From Trypanosoma brucei (Eukaryota), in NCBI GenBank assembly GCA_000002445.1, contig CP000071.1, forward strand, positions 576,001-640,000: 64,000 nucleotides of DNA, in the 5' to 3' direction. Position 1 is the stretch's first letter; every line of letters begins with the position of its first letter. The notes beneath the pieces were generated by a model that made no database searches, was not told the DNA's origin, and was given only the letters and a program-made list of their open reading frames with translations. Shown here piece by piece: positions 21,457 to 33,011 of this stretch. Position numbers and translations under genes: made by a program.

Positions 21457-24400
21457 TCAACGCTGCTGAGCTTCAATATACCATGTCAGATAGTCTCGCA
21501 CCGTCGACACGATGGAGCCACCAGCCGCGGTCAACAGCTGCACAAGTCCCTTAAAAACCTCCGGGTCACGCACAACATCAGCGAGTTCCGATTGGCGCTG
21601 CCCCGTTAACGCTGAGGTCTCGGGATCCAGCTGGTACATCAGATTCTTTACCCAATGGACTACTACGGAGGTGAGCTCCTGGTACATCCCTACATTGCAA
21701 CTACGCACATGTTGTTGCTCTCGTGGGCTTAGTTGTTGGCCAACGGGGCTATCCGACATGCTGTCACCCGTCCGTCGCGGTTTACGCGATCCAGATGACA
21801 ACGATTGCACAAAGGCCACCTCTTCAAGAATTTCTACAAGTACGTGCCGTAGGTGGGAGAAATCCATCTGCAAAGCGAGCGACAAGTAGGCGTTTAACCC
21901 CCCACGCACGGCGGTGTGCGGGAGTAGTGCACTACTTTTGCTCAGCGGTGTTGCTTCACGACCTTTGGTGACGGATTGCATGACAAACTGATCCATCTCA
22001 GATGCGTGATTGACACGCCAAAGCACGGCAAAAAAAGCCCCTTCGGCATCAAGCAGTAATTCAGCCATCAATTTGTAATTACACGGGGGTGGGGACCACC
22101 ATACCGGCTGCTCACACCCTTCTGTGGTACTCGCACCTTCATCACCGCTAAAAGGTCTCTCGGACCTTGTGTACATAGCGGGCGTGATAGCCGCCAACAC
22201 CTTCGGCAATGGAGACAGCAGTGGCGCCATCAAATTGCAGTACTCCACGAGCTGCTCGTCGGAAAGCACAGTGGAGTCAGTGCCTGACGAAAGACCCTCC
22301 TCGCACCCAGCAACAGTCCCCTGTTTCTTTCCTGGGAGGTCGTTGGGAGCCACCTTCGAATGCTCAGACACCTGCTCTTCATGCAACATTCTCATGCTCA
22401 GCGTGACACAACCGCGGCTTCCAGTAATATTACACGGGTCGGAAGCCGACAAGGCACGAATGGCACTTCGCCCTGCCTTCGAGTAGGCCCCCAGCATCTG
22501 CGACAACCCGGCATCCCAACGGCTGCCAACATACTGGGCATTATGCGGCACGATAGATTGTTTGAAAAGATGGGTATCGAGAAGCACAAGACTGACACTG
22601 TTGATGATAGCGTTAAGACACCGGTCACCCGCCGCCTTCTCCCGGGCGGCGGATGATTCGGAAAGCTTTCCGAGAGCTGCCACGCACAACGTGGCGCATT
22701 GCATCATGGAACGCACGGCCAGCGGTCGAACATGTGAAGAGGACTTTTGCGATACGGCAAGCGGTAGCAAGCACCGCTCCATAACGACTGCACCGAGTGA
22801 AGCCACGTCCTCCAGTGATGCATCTACGATTAGTTCATGCGACATGAAATTTAAAAGCTGTGGAAGTGTTGCGTGGAAGGCCACAGCTGGGCACTTCCGC
22901 ATCGTCGGCGGCGTGCGAAGGTTCAAAATGGCGAAGCTTACTCTACCCACGTCTTCCGCCGCCTCCGGAGTGTTCGCCGAAGATTTAGAGCCTGGTGCAG
23001 TGTGTCCCAGAAGTACTTGTAATACGGTATCAGCTAGTTGCACAGCGAGGTGCTGCTTTTGGTCGCGTACACCCAATTGCTTTGAAACAGCCCGTAGCAC
23101 CCCTATAGCCTCCGTTCGCGTTTCTTGGGTATGGCAGCCCAAAAGCATGCATATACGCTCCAACGCGTGCAGCACGGTAAAGTCATCCTGCCCTTGTATT
23201 CCTTGCAGTAAACGTCGCGTCAGCTGCACTTGTACTTCATTTAGGCCGTCGACCTCATAGTCATCTTCGTCTGAGGTCACCGCTGTCGCCTCTAATGAGG
23301 TTGTCACTTCGCGGTTAAGTGCGGCGGTGCAAACACAGGACAGCTGCGCTAGGCACGACTGGGCGCTCTCCACGTCACTACACATTCCACCAACGTAAGC
23401 TACGTTACAAAGGAGCGATAACAGCACATTAAGGGGCTCCTGCCGCATCTGAACGCTTGGGGGCACACTGCCGGCGCCACAGCAGATGAGAACGAGTTTT
23501 TGCAGCACGTGAACGGCTAAGCTGCAGGTCTCAGTGCCAACAGTGCTCTTACCTGAGAGCGCATGAGCCACTGAGTGCAACAGCCTTTCCCACACCAACG
23601 CCATGGTAAATGAGACACGTGTTTGAACACCGCGTGTCGTTCGTTGCTTAACGGAACTCTCCGCTAGAACGGTGCACGAAACCAACTCCTTCACTCCTTG
23701 CAACATATGCATTTGCACTACTGACGAGTTCACGCAGCGTTCGTGGCACATCTGAAAGAAACAAAAGCAGTTTGCAAGCTCCGTGAGTTTAACAGCTTGA
23801 TGTGAACAGTTAGCGTCACGGACGCAGGAGTTCCACACAACGCTGAGGACGTCTACAACGAAACTTGTCACGGCGTGCAGGCACTCGTCTCCTTTCTCCC
23901 TTCGCGCTTCAACGACGTCCACCAGTGCCGGCATAACAATGCCACTGAGATCACGAACATTAATTAAATTAGTAACAACGGGACCCAGCTCCTGGTCGTG
24001 GGAAATGACAGAGTAGCTGAGTACTCGGCGCACGACGTATAGGGCAGCAGTTAGAGTCGGGAAATCCATGCCTTGGTCCCGCAACAAGGCTGCAACACCC
24101 TGCAGTAACTCACGAACTGCTACCACGATCACGGGTGGGGCTTCATGAACGCTCATATTACAGTATTCCCGAGTGATTTCCTCCAGGTGGCCGAAGAGTG
24201 ACTCCATTTGCACCAATATTGCCCTTCGTTGCTGCTGTTGTGACTGCGACTGCTGTTGATATGACTGCTGGGACTGCGTTTGACTCTGCTCCTTACGGAT
24301 GGTAACCAGCAGCTCCACCACCGGCAACCAGCACCTGGAGGAAAAGTGTACACTGTGCCGAGAGGACGCAACCTCGAGCAAACAACCGTGGCAAACGTCC

Positions 24401-27400
24401 CGTAGGGAATCAAAAGCGGAGAGCCGCACCAGTGCCATTTGTGCGGCATCACATTCCGTGTGCAGACCAAAGGCCGCCGACAAAAGCAGACTGCTGCGCA
24501 GTCCAGTCGCGTAGAGCAGCAGGGCGTCTTCCGGAATTTGGTTTCCGTCCACAGCAGCTCCAAACACTGCATTAAGCGAGGGCCACGTGCTCAGGAACAA
24601 ATCCTGTGTGACGCTCGTCCAATATTCTTGTTCCGTGTCTCCACCCTCCCGTATCTCACCATCATCCTCGCATAGTCTGCTGCTGCGAAAGAGCAGCTCA
24701 CGCGTTTCATCCGTAAGACGCCGCCGCACTACATTGAATTCCGCCTCTTTGCGATCTTCACTTGTGAAGAAGAACGCATCCATCCTCATGTGTGACACCA
24801 CTGAGCCACGTCGCTTCGCTTCTGTTAGCATGGACTCGTGCACGTTGGACAAAGAGCGTGTGCTGACCTCCTCGAAGACGCTGTCCGTGAAGCGACGGGG
24901 GAAATCTTTATTGTCATTGCAACCTCGCATCTGCGCGTAAAAAGAGGCCGCAGTCATTTTTGTCGTGGAGACGTTTGGGTTGTGCAGGTTGGTATTCAAC
25001 ATGATAATTCCTATACCAGCAATGAAACACGCATCCTCCGATGCGAATGGAAAGACGTCCGTATCCACGCAACTCCTTGATCCTGCCTTATAGTATGCAC
25101 TGCAGAAGAACTCGATGAGACGCTCAATTCGCTGTCCCTCCTTGGGCAGCTTCACGACACGGAACAGTTCCCTCAGTCCGTTTATGAGTGTCTTTCCAGC
25201 CAGCGGTAGCAAGTCCATGAAAGCTCGACATACCTGGAGAGATATAACAGCTGGGTATGACAGAATCTCTGCAACTGCATCGGAGTTCAGCGACGGAGTT
25301 TCCATAAGGAACTGCGCGATGTGTTGCACCTTCTCCTCGGCCTGAGGCGTGGCGGGCTCCGGTATATGACGGTGCGACCAATTATTCTCCGCTATGGCGC
25401 GGTCAGCCTCTGTTTGCCACTCCTCGTCCCTGATGTTAAATAACTTCCGTAGCCCCTTTATGGGTGAGCTATTGATGGCTTCTACAAAACGCAGCTGTTC
25501 TATTTTCTTCTTCCGGTTTAGCAACCTTGGAAGCGGCTTCCAGTTGGACAGGCCAGTGTTCTGGGGAATCTGTTTCGTTAATATTTCTACCACCAGCGCG
25601 AGGCCGTGAAGCGCCAGAAATGGCACGGATCGCTGCATCATAACTGTACCGTCATCTGCGAAACTAGCGCAATTCACTGTCTGAGTCACGTTAGCGGAGT
25701 CGCCTCCACCAGTTTCAGCGTAAACGATGCTTTCGTTGCTGGCCTCTGCGTTGCCCACAGCGCTGCCGCTCGCAGTGCCTGAGGCGCGTGGTTTCGGACC
25801 CTCGATGTCCACGAACTCCTCCGGCCTCGCCGTGCAAACCGCCCGGGAGAGCACGGTGACAACCTTCTGGATCAAATTGAGCTGGTGCCAGTGAACATTG
25901 AGGTCAAAGCGACGGTAGCAACGTAAAAGAAGTGGTGCCTCACCCGAAACGGCCGAGCCTTGAAAAAACGTATCGATGATATGATGAAGGAAAGATCGTT
26001 GCATAAAGGGCGGTGTGCTGTCAGACCCCAGTAATCCAAAGATTCCATTACAGTAGATGGAGCCAACCTCCGTGGAGAGGCAGTCAGGACATGACGTCAC
26101 GACCCGTCGGAGGGTCTCCAAACCGGCATCCAACACCGAAGGCCGCAGGGACATGACACAGTTGAAAATGCCATCTAATATGCGCTTCCTCCAGTTGTCG
26201 TGTCGTAACACGTACTCCAGTTCCGCGGCACTTCCTTCGCACAGCTCACTCACGGTATCCTTCAGTAAACGAACCGCCAAGAATTGGCCCTCGGCACGAT
26301 CACCGCAGTGCTGAGCAACACACGCCGTGTATTCTGGGGAGAAAGATGTAGCTAACACCGACTCCAGCACACAGCAGAGAATGCGGTGGCTTCGTGAATG
26401 GATTGGCACGTTATCATCAAACTCTGTGGACCTTGATAACGTCACAGAATCATCCACTGAGGCATCACCGCACCTACTCAAGTGCGAGGTACGTCCATAC
26501 CACTTTGCAAACCCAAACAGATTACTTACAACGTCACTCTTTGTCGTCCGTTCATCCTCAGAGGCCGTGGCACTTTTAACTGACACAATGGAAAACAAGT
26601 ACCCGACGACGGGGCGGACAAGACCCACGAGATGCGTAATACTTTCGAGCAACGTGGGTCCGAGTAGCCGTTTCAGTTCCTCCACCCGCTGCTCTGCCAT
26701 GCACCGGTCCTCCTCGTCATCGGCAGCGCGTACCTCACCGTTGTGACCGTTGCCAGTAGCCTCGACCATGTCCTGTATATGACCTATCTCGCGGGATGCA
26801 AATTGCCTCTCAAAATGAACGACGCATTGACGCAACTGCTTCAGAATATCTATACACACCTGTACTGCGAAGCGCACCGAAGGAAAGTCTGTCGACCCTG
26901 AAAGCGTATCAACACAAATTCCTATAGTGTTCCTACAAACGTTAATATCGTGTCCGAGACTCACGAACAATGGGTTGCTTTCTTTACGGCGCGCAGCGCC
27001 ATTTCCTCCTGCCTCCCCTCCATTGTTCGCAGTTGGATCGTCATACACTTCCCTAAGTACCTGCCGCAGGGTGTTGTCGATGATGGAAAAGCAACGAGTG
27101 ATGACAATACGCGCTGCGTTGCGCGCAATATTGCGTAACTTACCGTTCTCCGATGAAGTACCAACAAACAAGGTGGCAAGAAACCTTGCAAGATCCTCCA
27201 AATTTCGTTTAGATAAGTCACTGGAGAAGCCCGCATTGGGGTCTGGGTGGACCAGTTGGCCTCTCTCATCGCCTTCAGCTGCCACCGCCGTCGCGGGTGA
27301 AGGGTCTTCACACGGTGACGCGCTTGGTGAAGAATTTGGTGGGGGTTTAGGGTCTTCAGCAGCCCCCGTGTCGGCCTCGGAGGCGCCTTGACGCAACGGT

Positions 27401-27648
27401 CCCGACGCCTCACCACCAGTTCTTTCAGTAACTGAAGCGTTACCACTTGCAGACCCTGACGATGTCGTTGCATCCCCTAAACTCACCTCTTTTATCCATT
27501 CATCGACGTTCCGAAGTACCTCCTGTAGTTTCCCCTTAGGGGTTCCGCTCACCACGTGTCGTGCCTGCAGGAGAAAGGCATGCAATTGAACCATAAAAGT
27601 TGCGCGGTTCTCTAGGTCCACCACCGTCTTATTTGGTGCGAGCTGCAT
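21457..27648 (-). CDS. Sec7-domain ARF guanine-nucleotide exchange factor, BIG/GBF1-like (2063 aa)
   Basis: Central Sec7 domain: LPKEGQRIERLIEFFCSAYY...DACFIAGIGIIMLNTNLHNPNV...FYAQMRGCNDNKDFP. The catalytic Glu lies in the PKEGQRIERL motif. Long armadillo-like flanks. Confidence 0.85.
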   Translation of the reverse strand: MQLAPNKTVVDLENRATFMVQLHAFLLQARHVVSGTPKGKLQEVLRNVDEWIKEVSLGDATTSSGSASGNASVTERTGGEASGPLRQGASEADTGAAEDPKPPPNSSPSASPCEDPSPATAVAAEGDERGQLVHPDPNAGFSSDLSKRNLEDLARFLATLFVGTSSENGKLRNIARNAARIVITRCFSIIDNTLRQVLREVYDDPTANNGGEAGGNGAARRKESNPLFVSLGHDINVCRNTIGICVDTLSGSTDFPSVRFAVQVCIDILKQLRQCVVHFERQFASREIGHIQDMVEATGNGHNGEVRAADDEEDRCMAEQRVEELKRLLGPTLLESITHLVGLVRPVVGYLFSIVSVKSATASEDERTTKSDVVSNLFGFAKWYGRTSHLSRCGDASVDDSVTLSRSTEFDDNVPIHSRSHRILCCVLESVLATSFSPEYTACVAQHCGDRAEGQFLAVRLLKDTVSELCEGSAAELEYVLRHDNWRKRILDGIFNCVMSLRPSVLDAGLETLRRVVTSCPDCLSTEVGSIYCNGIFGLLGSDSTPPFMQRSFLHHIIDTFFQGSAVSGEAPLLLRCYRRFDLNVHWHQLNLIQKVVTVLSRAVCTARPEEFVDIEGPKPRASGTASGSAVGNAEASNESIVYAETGGGDSANVTQTVNCASFADDGTVMMQRSVPFLALHGLALVVEILTKQIPQNTGLSNWKPLPRLLNRKKKIEQLRFVEAINSSPIKGLRKLFNIRDEEWQTEADRAIAENNWSHRHIPEPATPQAEEKVQHIAQFLMETPSLNSDAVAEILSYPAVISLQVCRAFMDLLPLAGKTLINGLRELFRVVKLPKEGQRIERLIEFFCSAYYKAGSRSCVDTDVFPFASEDACFIAGIGIIMLNTNLHNPNVSTTKMTAASFYAQMRGCNDNKDFPRRFTDSVFEEVSTRSLSNVHESMLTEAKRRGSVVSHMRMDAFFFTSEDRKEAEFNVVRRRLTDETRELLFRSSRLCEDDGEIREGGDTEQEYWTSVTQDLFLSTWPSLNAVFGAAVDGNQIPEDALLLYATGLRSSLLLSAAFGLHTECDAAQMALVRLSAFDSLRDVCHGCLLEVASSRHSVHFSSRCWLPVVELLVTIRKEQSQTQSQQSYQQQSQSQQQQRRAILVQMESLFGHLEEITREYCNMSVHEAPPVIVVAVRELLQGVAALLRDQGMDFPTLTAALYVVRRVLSYSVISHDQELGPVVTNLINVRDLSGIVMPALVDVVEARREKGDECLHAVTSFVVDVLSVVWNSCVRDANCSHQAVKLTELANCFCFFQMCHERCVNSSVVQMHMLQGVKELVSCTVLAESSVKQRTTRGVQTRVSFTMALVWERLLHSVAHALSGKSTVGTETCSLAVHVLQKLVLICCGAGSVPPSVQMRQEPLNVLLSLLCNVAYVGGMCSDVESAQSCLAQLSCVCTAALNREVTTSLEATAVTSDEDDYEVDGLNEVQVQLTRRLLQGIQGQDDFTVLHALERICMLLGCHTQETRTEAIGVLRAVSKQLGVRDQKQHLAVQLADTVLQVLLGHTAPGSKSSANTPEAAEDVGRVSFAILNLRTPPTMRKCPAVAFHATLPQLLNFMSHELIVDASLEDVASLGAVVMERCLLPLAVSQKSSSHVRPLAVRSMMQCATLCVAALGKLSESSAAREKAAGDRCLNAIINSVSLVLLDTHLFKQSIVPHNAQYVGSRWDAGLSQMLGAYSKAGRSAIRALSASDPCNITGSRGCVTLSMRMLHEEQVSEHSKVAPNDLPGKKQGTVAGCEEGLSSGTDSTVLSDEQLVEYCNLMAPLLSPLPKVLAAITPAMYTRSERPFSGDEGASTTEGCEQPVWWSPPPCNYKLMAELLLDAEGAFFAVLWRVNHASEMDQFVMQSVTKGREATPLSKSSALLPHTAVRGGLNAYLSLALQMDFSHLRHVLVEILEEVAFVQSLSSGSRKPRRTGDSMSDSPVGQQLSPREQQHVRSCNVGMYQELTSVVVHWVKNLMYQLDPETSALTGQRQSELADVVRDPEVFKGLVQLLTAAGGSIVSTVRDYLTWYIEAQQR

Positions 27649-28174
27649 CGGTCAGTGTCCCACTAATAGGCAAACAAGTTCACCCTAATCCTTGTTACTT
27701 CCTTCCTTTCCTTTCCTTTCCCCTCTTTAACAATGCACCTTTTCGTGCGTCCTAATTACGAGCGGCTTCCTACTTCACTTACTCACCAAGTTCCACATTT
27801 CGAGTACAAAGATATTGGGAGGGAGAAAACAGCCAAATCAAACACAGGGGGAGTGTAAGGCCAAAGACCAAAATGTGTAGGTGGGGCGCAAAGCGAAGGC
27901 AAAAGAAGAATCGAACAGACTTACTTCGAACAGAAGTACGGATTGCTTTCATCCGAAGAAGCAAAGGATAGATAAAGATCGCACTCACCTAACAGCTGCG
28001 ATGCAGCAGTGATAGCCTCGATGAGCTGCAGCGGCATCAGCAACAATCGGTCGCTCACGGCAACGCATCTAAAAATTAGTAACGGCAACTAGTCCACACC
28101 AAAAACGAACGCATAGGCGAGATTGTACACGGAAGTCACAGTAGCAGCGACGGAAAGAGTAGTTCGATCCATTA

Positions 28175-29605
28175 CTAACCTACTGAGCCCCTGAGTGTTT
28201 CCCCAACGCACTCCACAAGTCGTGTTGGAAAGTGCTTTACCTCACGAGGTTCGTTAGCACTGGAGCCACTGTACTGATAACTCAGCTTTCGCTTCATCAA
28301 GGAGATGAATTCGTCAAAGTCCAGTGCACCGTCTCCGTTACGGTCAAAGAGGGCCATAATAAGGTCGAGCTCTTCCTCTTTGAATGGTCTCACACCAGCT
28401 GCCTTCACAACGCGGTTAAATTCACGCTTTCCCAGTGAGAGTCCTGACTCCATGAAAAGACGCACCGCCTCCCCTATAGTATCTGCTTCACGCATAACCT
28501 GATGAAAGCCAATCCATTGGTCCACCGTGACCGTTGTGTTAATCCCTCTCATCCTTCGTATGTTCTCCACTACGTAAAAAGGTACATTGCTTCCAATCAT
28601 CTGTTTCGCCAAAAGTTTTCCAAACTCCTCGGCACCGATGCAACCAACATTATTGGGGTCGAACAGGTGAAACTCCGCCCGCCAGATGGCCTCATTAATG
28701 GCATTAATACTCCCCTCCATCTCGTCGTAGGAGCAGCGAAGTTCCCCATCATCGCCAAAGAGTCGCCTGACAATTCCGTTCTTGCAGCCGGTTGTCAGGG
28801 AATTCGCCTCGTTAGCGGTGCAGCCCAAGCCGCGCAGAACACCTGCAAACTCACTAAGTCCTAGGGTACCAACCCTATCCTTGTCTACGATAGTGAATAA
28901 CATGCGGATGTCCTTCAACTTTGCCGTCAATAAAACCATGAGGAACGTATACTCGGTTAAGTTGAGACAAACATTGCCGTCAGCATCCAGCGAAGCAAAG
29001 AGATCAGACATATCTTCTAGCGACGAAGCCCCCAGGGGTTCATCCTTCCTGAGGACTAACACTGAGCGCACAAAGTCCTCCATTGTCATAAGCATCGCCC
29101 CGTCGTCGGCTGACCGCACCGACGCATAGTGCCTGAAGCGGCTCTTAATGCTACGCAAGTAATAGGGAATTAGGTACTCCGGAGTGGCCAGGGGGTGACA
29201 CAGAACCGTAGCGGCACCCCAGGAGGAGGCACCGATGCAGGCCACACAAAGGGTGAGTGCTGTGCACCCCATGCGACTGTCACCAACGATACGTTGACAC
29301 ATCTCACGCAGCCACAGTCGCGACCACAGCATGGCGGTAACGGAATATGAATGGCAGTGTCCAGCCTGAGGAAAGGAAACCTTGACCGCTCGCCATATTG
29401 AGAGCATCCCTTTTTTTTTATATTTTGTCTCTGTGCTCCCCTTAGAGCTGAATAAACAAATGATGTTCACTCTGACAGCAAACCTTTGTGTGCTTCCCGA
29501 CACACGGACACATCGCGAAAAGAAGCAACGCAAAAGCGGAAAGAAAACGTGGAAAGAAAAAAGCAGACAGAGCAGCGAGCGGAACAGAGGTCCGTCACCT
29601 AACAT
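28175..29605 (-). CDS. MICU1-like EF-hand protein (mitochondrial calcium uptake regulator family)
   Basis: Two canonical EF-hands (DADGNVCLNLTEYTFLM; DRNGDGALDFDEFISLM). The N-terminal RFRHYASVRSADDGAMLMTMEDFVRSV resembles the MICU1 FRQFASIE..MTPRDFL motif. The N-terminus is consistent with a presequence. Confidence 0.65.
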   Translation of the reverse strand: MLGDGPLFRSLLCLLFSFHVFFPLLRCFFSRCVRVSGSTQRFAVRVNIICLFSSKGSTETKYKKKGMLSIWRAVKVSFPQAGHCHSYSVTAMLWSRLWLREMCQRIVGDSRMGCTALTLCVACIGASSWGAATVLCHPLATPEYLIPYYLRSIKSRFRHYASVRSADDGAMLMTMEDFVRSVLVLRKDEPLGASSLEDMSDLFASLDADGNVCLNLTEYTFLMVLLTAKLKDIRMLFTIVDKDRVGTLGLSEFAGVLRGLGCTANEANSLTTGCKNGIVRRLFGDDGELRCSYDEMEGSINAINEAIWRAEFHLFDPNNVGCIGAEEFGKLLAKQMIGSNVPFYVVENIRRMRGINTTVTVDQWIGFHQVMREADTIGEAVRLFMESGLSLGKREFNRVVKAAGVRPFKEEELDLIMALFDRNGDGALDFDEFISLMKRKLSYQYSGSSANEPREVKHFPTRLVECVGETLRGSVG

Positions 29606-29804
29606 CTGCAGGCAAAGTTAGTTATCAATCCGTTAAATACGCACCTCCCCCTACCACCAATAGTGCCCAATACTACAGGTCATAAGACGTTAAGACTGCC
29701 AACTGCCATCAACGTAACGTTCAAACGTCCAAGGAAAATCTTGGCGACAACATAAATGTAGAAAAACAAGAAGTCAATGCACAAAAGCGGGTGCACGGGC
29801 AACG

Positions 29805-32800
29805 CTACTCTTTCCGCTCCTCGGGGCGCAGGATGCCAACAACCGCCCCATGATTTTTACCGACGTCGAAGTATCGGGCGACCTCAACTACATCTTTTGG
29901 CTCAACGCTTAGGAGAGCGTCACGCATTTCTTGCTTCTGCTCCGGTCGGATTCCGTGAAGGAAATATGACTCACCAAAACTGTCTGCGGCATAGGGCGCG
30001 TCAATCCCCGCAAAAAGCCGGAGCTTTGACTCGTCCACCCGCAGCTGGGTAACATTGCTTGCCTCACTCAGCCAATCCCCTGCCTCTTTGAATACACGAA
30101 CCGTCGCTTCGGGTGTGGGGTCACGGTAGCTAGACATGGTAACACCACCCACCTCTGCACCTAATGTGGCCTTAACCCCTGACCCATAGGCTCCCCCTTC
30201 CTCACGAACACGACGGTGCAAATATTCGTTGGCGAGCAACTGGCATGCAACCCGCAGCGGCGCTTGCTGTTTATGGGTCCAGTCCAGGTCGTTCGCTATA
30301 GCGATGGCGGCATAAGAGGTGTCGATAGGTAAACTCCTGCACAGTTCAACAACGTCTTCGCGTGCTATGCGCCCCAAGGAGGGGAGACATGCACACGAAG
30401 ACGTATCTTCTCCTTTTGGGAAGCCGCTTAGAAATGAAGCAAGCATGTTCTCCACTTCACACCGGTGCTGCTCCTCACATGTTGCCCACAACACGCCGCG
30501 ACAGAGGTTTGCGGCAAACGACTGCACAAAGCATGAATGGTGTTCAAGTATCGTTGCAACTGCTGAGTGGGAGATGCCCTCGTTGCTGCTTTGAAGTTTC
30601 TCAAGCATCTCTGAGGCGTAACTTGACTGGGCCAAACCATGCCATGACTCTCTCACAGCGCCACAGCGAGTCAAGTGCGACACCGCGAGGGAGGTGGCCA
30701 CACGGTTGCCCTCATGTTGTAGCCGCTGAATCACACCCGAACAACGGGCCTTCGCCACCGAGAGGGTACGGCCACGCACCCCATCATCCTCAACGGAGGT
30801 GTGTGGCTCCAGAAGTGTCATTTTGAGTAGTTCCAGCGCATCGTGTAGTTTCTCTTTAGTCGTGTAAAAGCCGTAAGCGGTTCCAGTAATGTACTCTGAC
30901 TTGTTGCAATATGACTGATTGAGTTGCGGGGAGAAAGAGAATCCGCCGCAGACGAGGTCGGTAGCAATGGAAAGTTCTTTAAACGTGTATTTTCCTGCTC
31001 CGAGACTTCCTAGCAGGGAATGGGAAAGGGGTATACCCGCAAGTGCATCATTCTCTGCCTTCTCAAGAAGCAACACCGTAGCCGCACTAAAAGGTGCCAG
31101 ACCGTGCACATACACCAAGCCATTTGTTGGGTACCCAATCGTGTACACCCCCACTGGTGGTTTCAGAGGAGGAGGAGCGCGTAACAGAGAAGTATTCTGC
31201 CCATCAGCCTTTGGTTGTGGCAGTGGCTCCTGAAAGGATTGACAGGGGATGTCACCTACCTTCAGAGTCGGTAAAATGTCACCGTTCTGCGGTGCCCGCA
31301 CACGCTCGAGCCATTTCTCTGTTTCCTTTTTTATTTCGTCTTTTTGGGCATCCGTTGCTCCATCATTAAGTTTCTCTTCCATATGGGTGATCGTATCGCG
31401 AAGGGAATCTAGGAAATCCTTCTTAGCAGACACCGACACCAGCGCACGATGGGGGTTGTTGAGGAGATTCCGCGAAATGCGTGGCAAAAGCGACTTGGCC
31501 TGTTCAGCCTCCAGTTGCCGCAGATGCGGCAACCAATCGATAAAGTCCAAAGGGTTGTTCTCCGCTCGACATAGCCCCATGGCACAGAGACCCGTACAAA
31601 GGTTAACGCCGTAATCTGCCGCTCGATGCCGTTGTTGAAGTTCCTCCTGAAAAATGACCGATTGTACGCGCCGTTGCTCAAATCCCTCCTTGGATACCCT
31701 CTCCAACGCTGTAATCACAGCGCTAAGTACCTCTTCGTCTGAGTTGGCACGAGCTTCGTCGACTCCTTCGACCCCGTAAGAAACGAGTGGAGACGCCAAA
31801 TAACTACTGTAGCCATTCATAGGAGCGTAGCGGCTGCCAATCTGTGATTCGATCAGAGCCTGGTAAATAGGGGAACTGGGGCCACTGGACAAAAGTATAT
31901 CTAAAACACTAAGCTCCACAATATCCTTCATGTTTTTATCCTCCTTCTGGACCCCAAAGGAAACAGACACACGCTTTTGGCACTGCGGGTTCCCCATAGG
32001 ATTAAGTGGTCCCTCCATGGTCACTCTCTTTGGCTCTGCGAAGCGGTTCTTCTCTGCCAAACCAAAAACAGCAACGACCTCGCCCCTTTCAAACGATGAG
32101 AAGTACTCATTTAGGGTGGCCATCCAACTCCCAGGGTTCTGCTCACCGTAGGTAATGGTAATGCTGTTGGTAGGGTGGTAGTGCCTCTTATGGAAAGCCA
32201 CCAGCTCCTCGTATGTGAGCTTCAGCACCTCCGGCGGATAACCACCAGATATATGTTCGTAATGAGTGTTGGGGAGCATAGTCTTCATGAGTGAGTGGGC
32301 GTAGTGCTGGGAGGGCTCCGAGACAACGCCACGCATCTCGTTGAAGACGACCCCATTATACACGAGTCGCCTTTTCGCCGAATCATCTTCCTCCACCTCC
32401 ACACGGTGTCCCTCCTGCTTGAAGTCTTCGAGGCGCAACAATGGGTGGAACACCGCGTCCAGGTAAACATCAAGAAGGTTACAAAAATCTCGTGCATTTG
32501 TTGTGGCAAAGGGGTACAACGTGTAATCAGCCCCTGTCATCGCATTCATAAAGTTGTTTAAGGATCGCTTTAGCATCATAAAGAAAGGGTCCCTAACGGG
32601 ATACTTCTTGCTTCCACAGAGCGTGGTATGCTCCAACACGTGTGAAATGCCTTTATTATCTTTGGCCGGGGTGCGGAAGCCGATGCAGAAGGTGCAATTG
32701 CGATCGTTAGTATCGAGGTGATAGTAAAGGGCCCCGGTAGAGTCGTGTTGCCATTCGTAAGCCGTAATATTGAGCTCGTCAAACCTGCGCGTCGACTTAT

Positions 32801-33011
32801 GCGTGAAACCATGGGCGTTCTTCAACTTCAGGAGAGGGTGCCCACCGCGCGGCATGGCGCTCGCAGCACAAAGCGGAACAGCACAACGTCGAATCATGTC
32901 GCTAACCTTCTTGACGGTACCACCAATTTCACGTGACTTGTCTACAGTTTTCTTGATCACACTCCTTATTACCCCCTCTTCCTTCTTTGCTCTTGCTCCG
33001 TCACTACACAA
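29805..33011 (-). CDS. Presequence protease (PreP/Cym1), M16C pitrilysin-family metallopeptidase
   Basis: 1068 aa. Inverted zinc motif HVLEH...E (ISHVLEHTTLCGSKKYP). Family-typical length and four-domain architecture. Confidence 0.85.
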   Translation of the reverse strand: MCSDGARAKKEEGVIRSVIKKTVDKSREIGGTVKKVSDMIRRCAVPLCAASAMPRGGHPLLKLKNAHGFTHKSTRRFDELNITAYEWQHDSTGALYYHLDTNDRNCTFCIGFRTPAKDNKGISHVLEHTTLCGSKKYPVRDPFFMMLKRSLNNFMNAMTGADYTLYPFATTNARDFCNLLDVYLDAVFHPLLRLEDFKQEGHRVEVEEDDSAKRRLVYNGVVFNEMRGVVSEPSQHYAHSLMKTMLPNTHYEHISGGYPPEVLKLTYEELVAFHKRHYHPTNSITITYGEQNPGSWMATLNEYFSSFERGEVVAVFGLAEKNRFAEPKRVTMEGPLNPMGNPQCQKRVSVSFGVQKEDKNMKDIVELSVLDILLSSGPSSPIYQALIESQIGSRYAPMNGYSSYLASPLVSYGVEGVDEARANSDEEVLSAVITALERVSKEGFEQRRVQSVIFQEELQQRHRAADYGVNLCTGLCAMGLCRAENNPLDFIDWLPHLRQLEAEQAKSLLPRISRNLLNNPHRALVSVSAKKDFLDSLRDTITHMEEKLNDGATDAQKDEIKKETEKWLERVRAPQNGDILPTLKVGDIPCQSFQEPLPQPKADGQNTSLLRAPPPLKPPVGVYTIGYPTNGLVYVHGLAPFSAATVLLLEKAENDALAGIPLSHSLLGSLGAGKYTFKELSIATDLVCGGFSFSPQLNQSYCNKSEYITGTAYGFYTTKEKLHDALELLKMTLLEPHTSVEDDGVRGRTLSVAKARCSGVIQRLQHEGNRVATSLAVSHLTRCGAVRESWHGLAQSSYASEMLEKLQSSNEGISHSAVATILEHHSCFVQSFAANLCRGVLWATCEEQHRCEVENMLASFLSGFPKGEDTSSCACLPSLGRIAREDVVELCRSLPIDTSYAAIAIANDLDWTHKQQAPLRVACQLLANEYLHRRVREEGGAYGSGVKATLGAEVGGVTMSSYRDPTPEATVRVFKEAGDWLSEASNVTQLRVDESKLRLFAGIDAPYAADSFGESYFLHGIRPEQKQEMRDALLSVEPKDVVEVARYFDVGKNHGAVVGILRPEERKE

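Noticed and set aside
22562-23260. 232-aa plus-strand ORF and many other 60-160-aa ORFs antisense to long genes (e.g. 8652..9095, 14580..14903, 26327..26746, 37013..37609, 59553..60215)
   Set aside because: They are embedded antisense within well-supported long CDS in moderately GC-rich DNA. They have Ser/Arg/Ala-rich composition typical of antisense frames and lack start-context or domain support.
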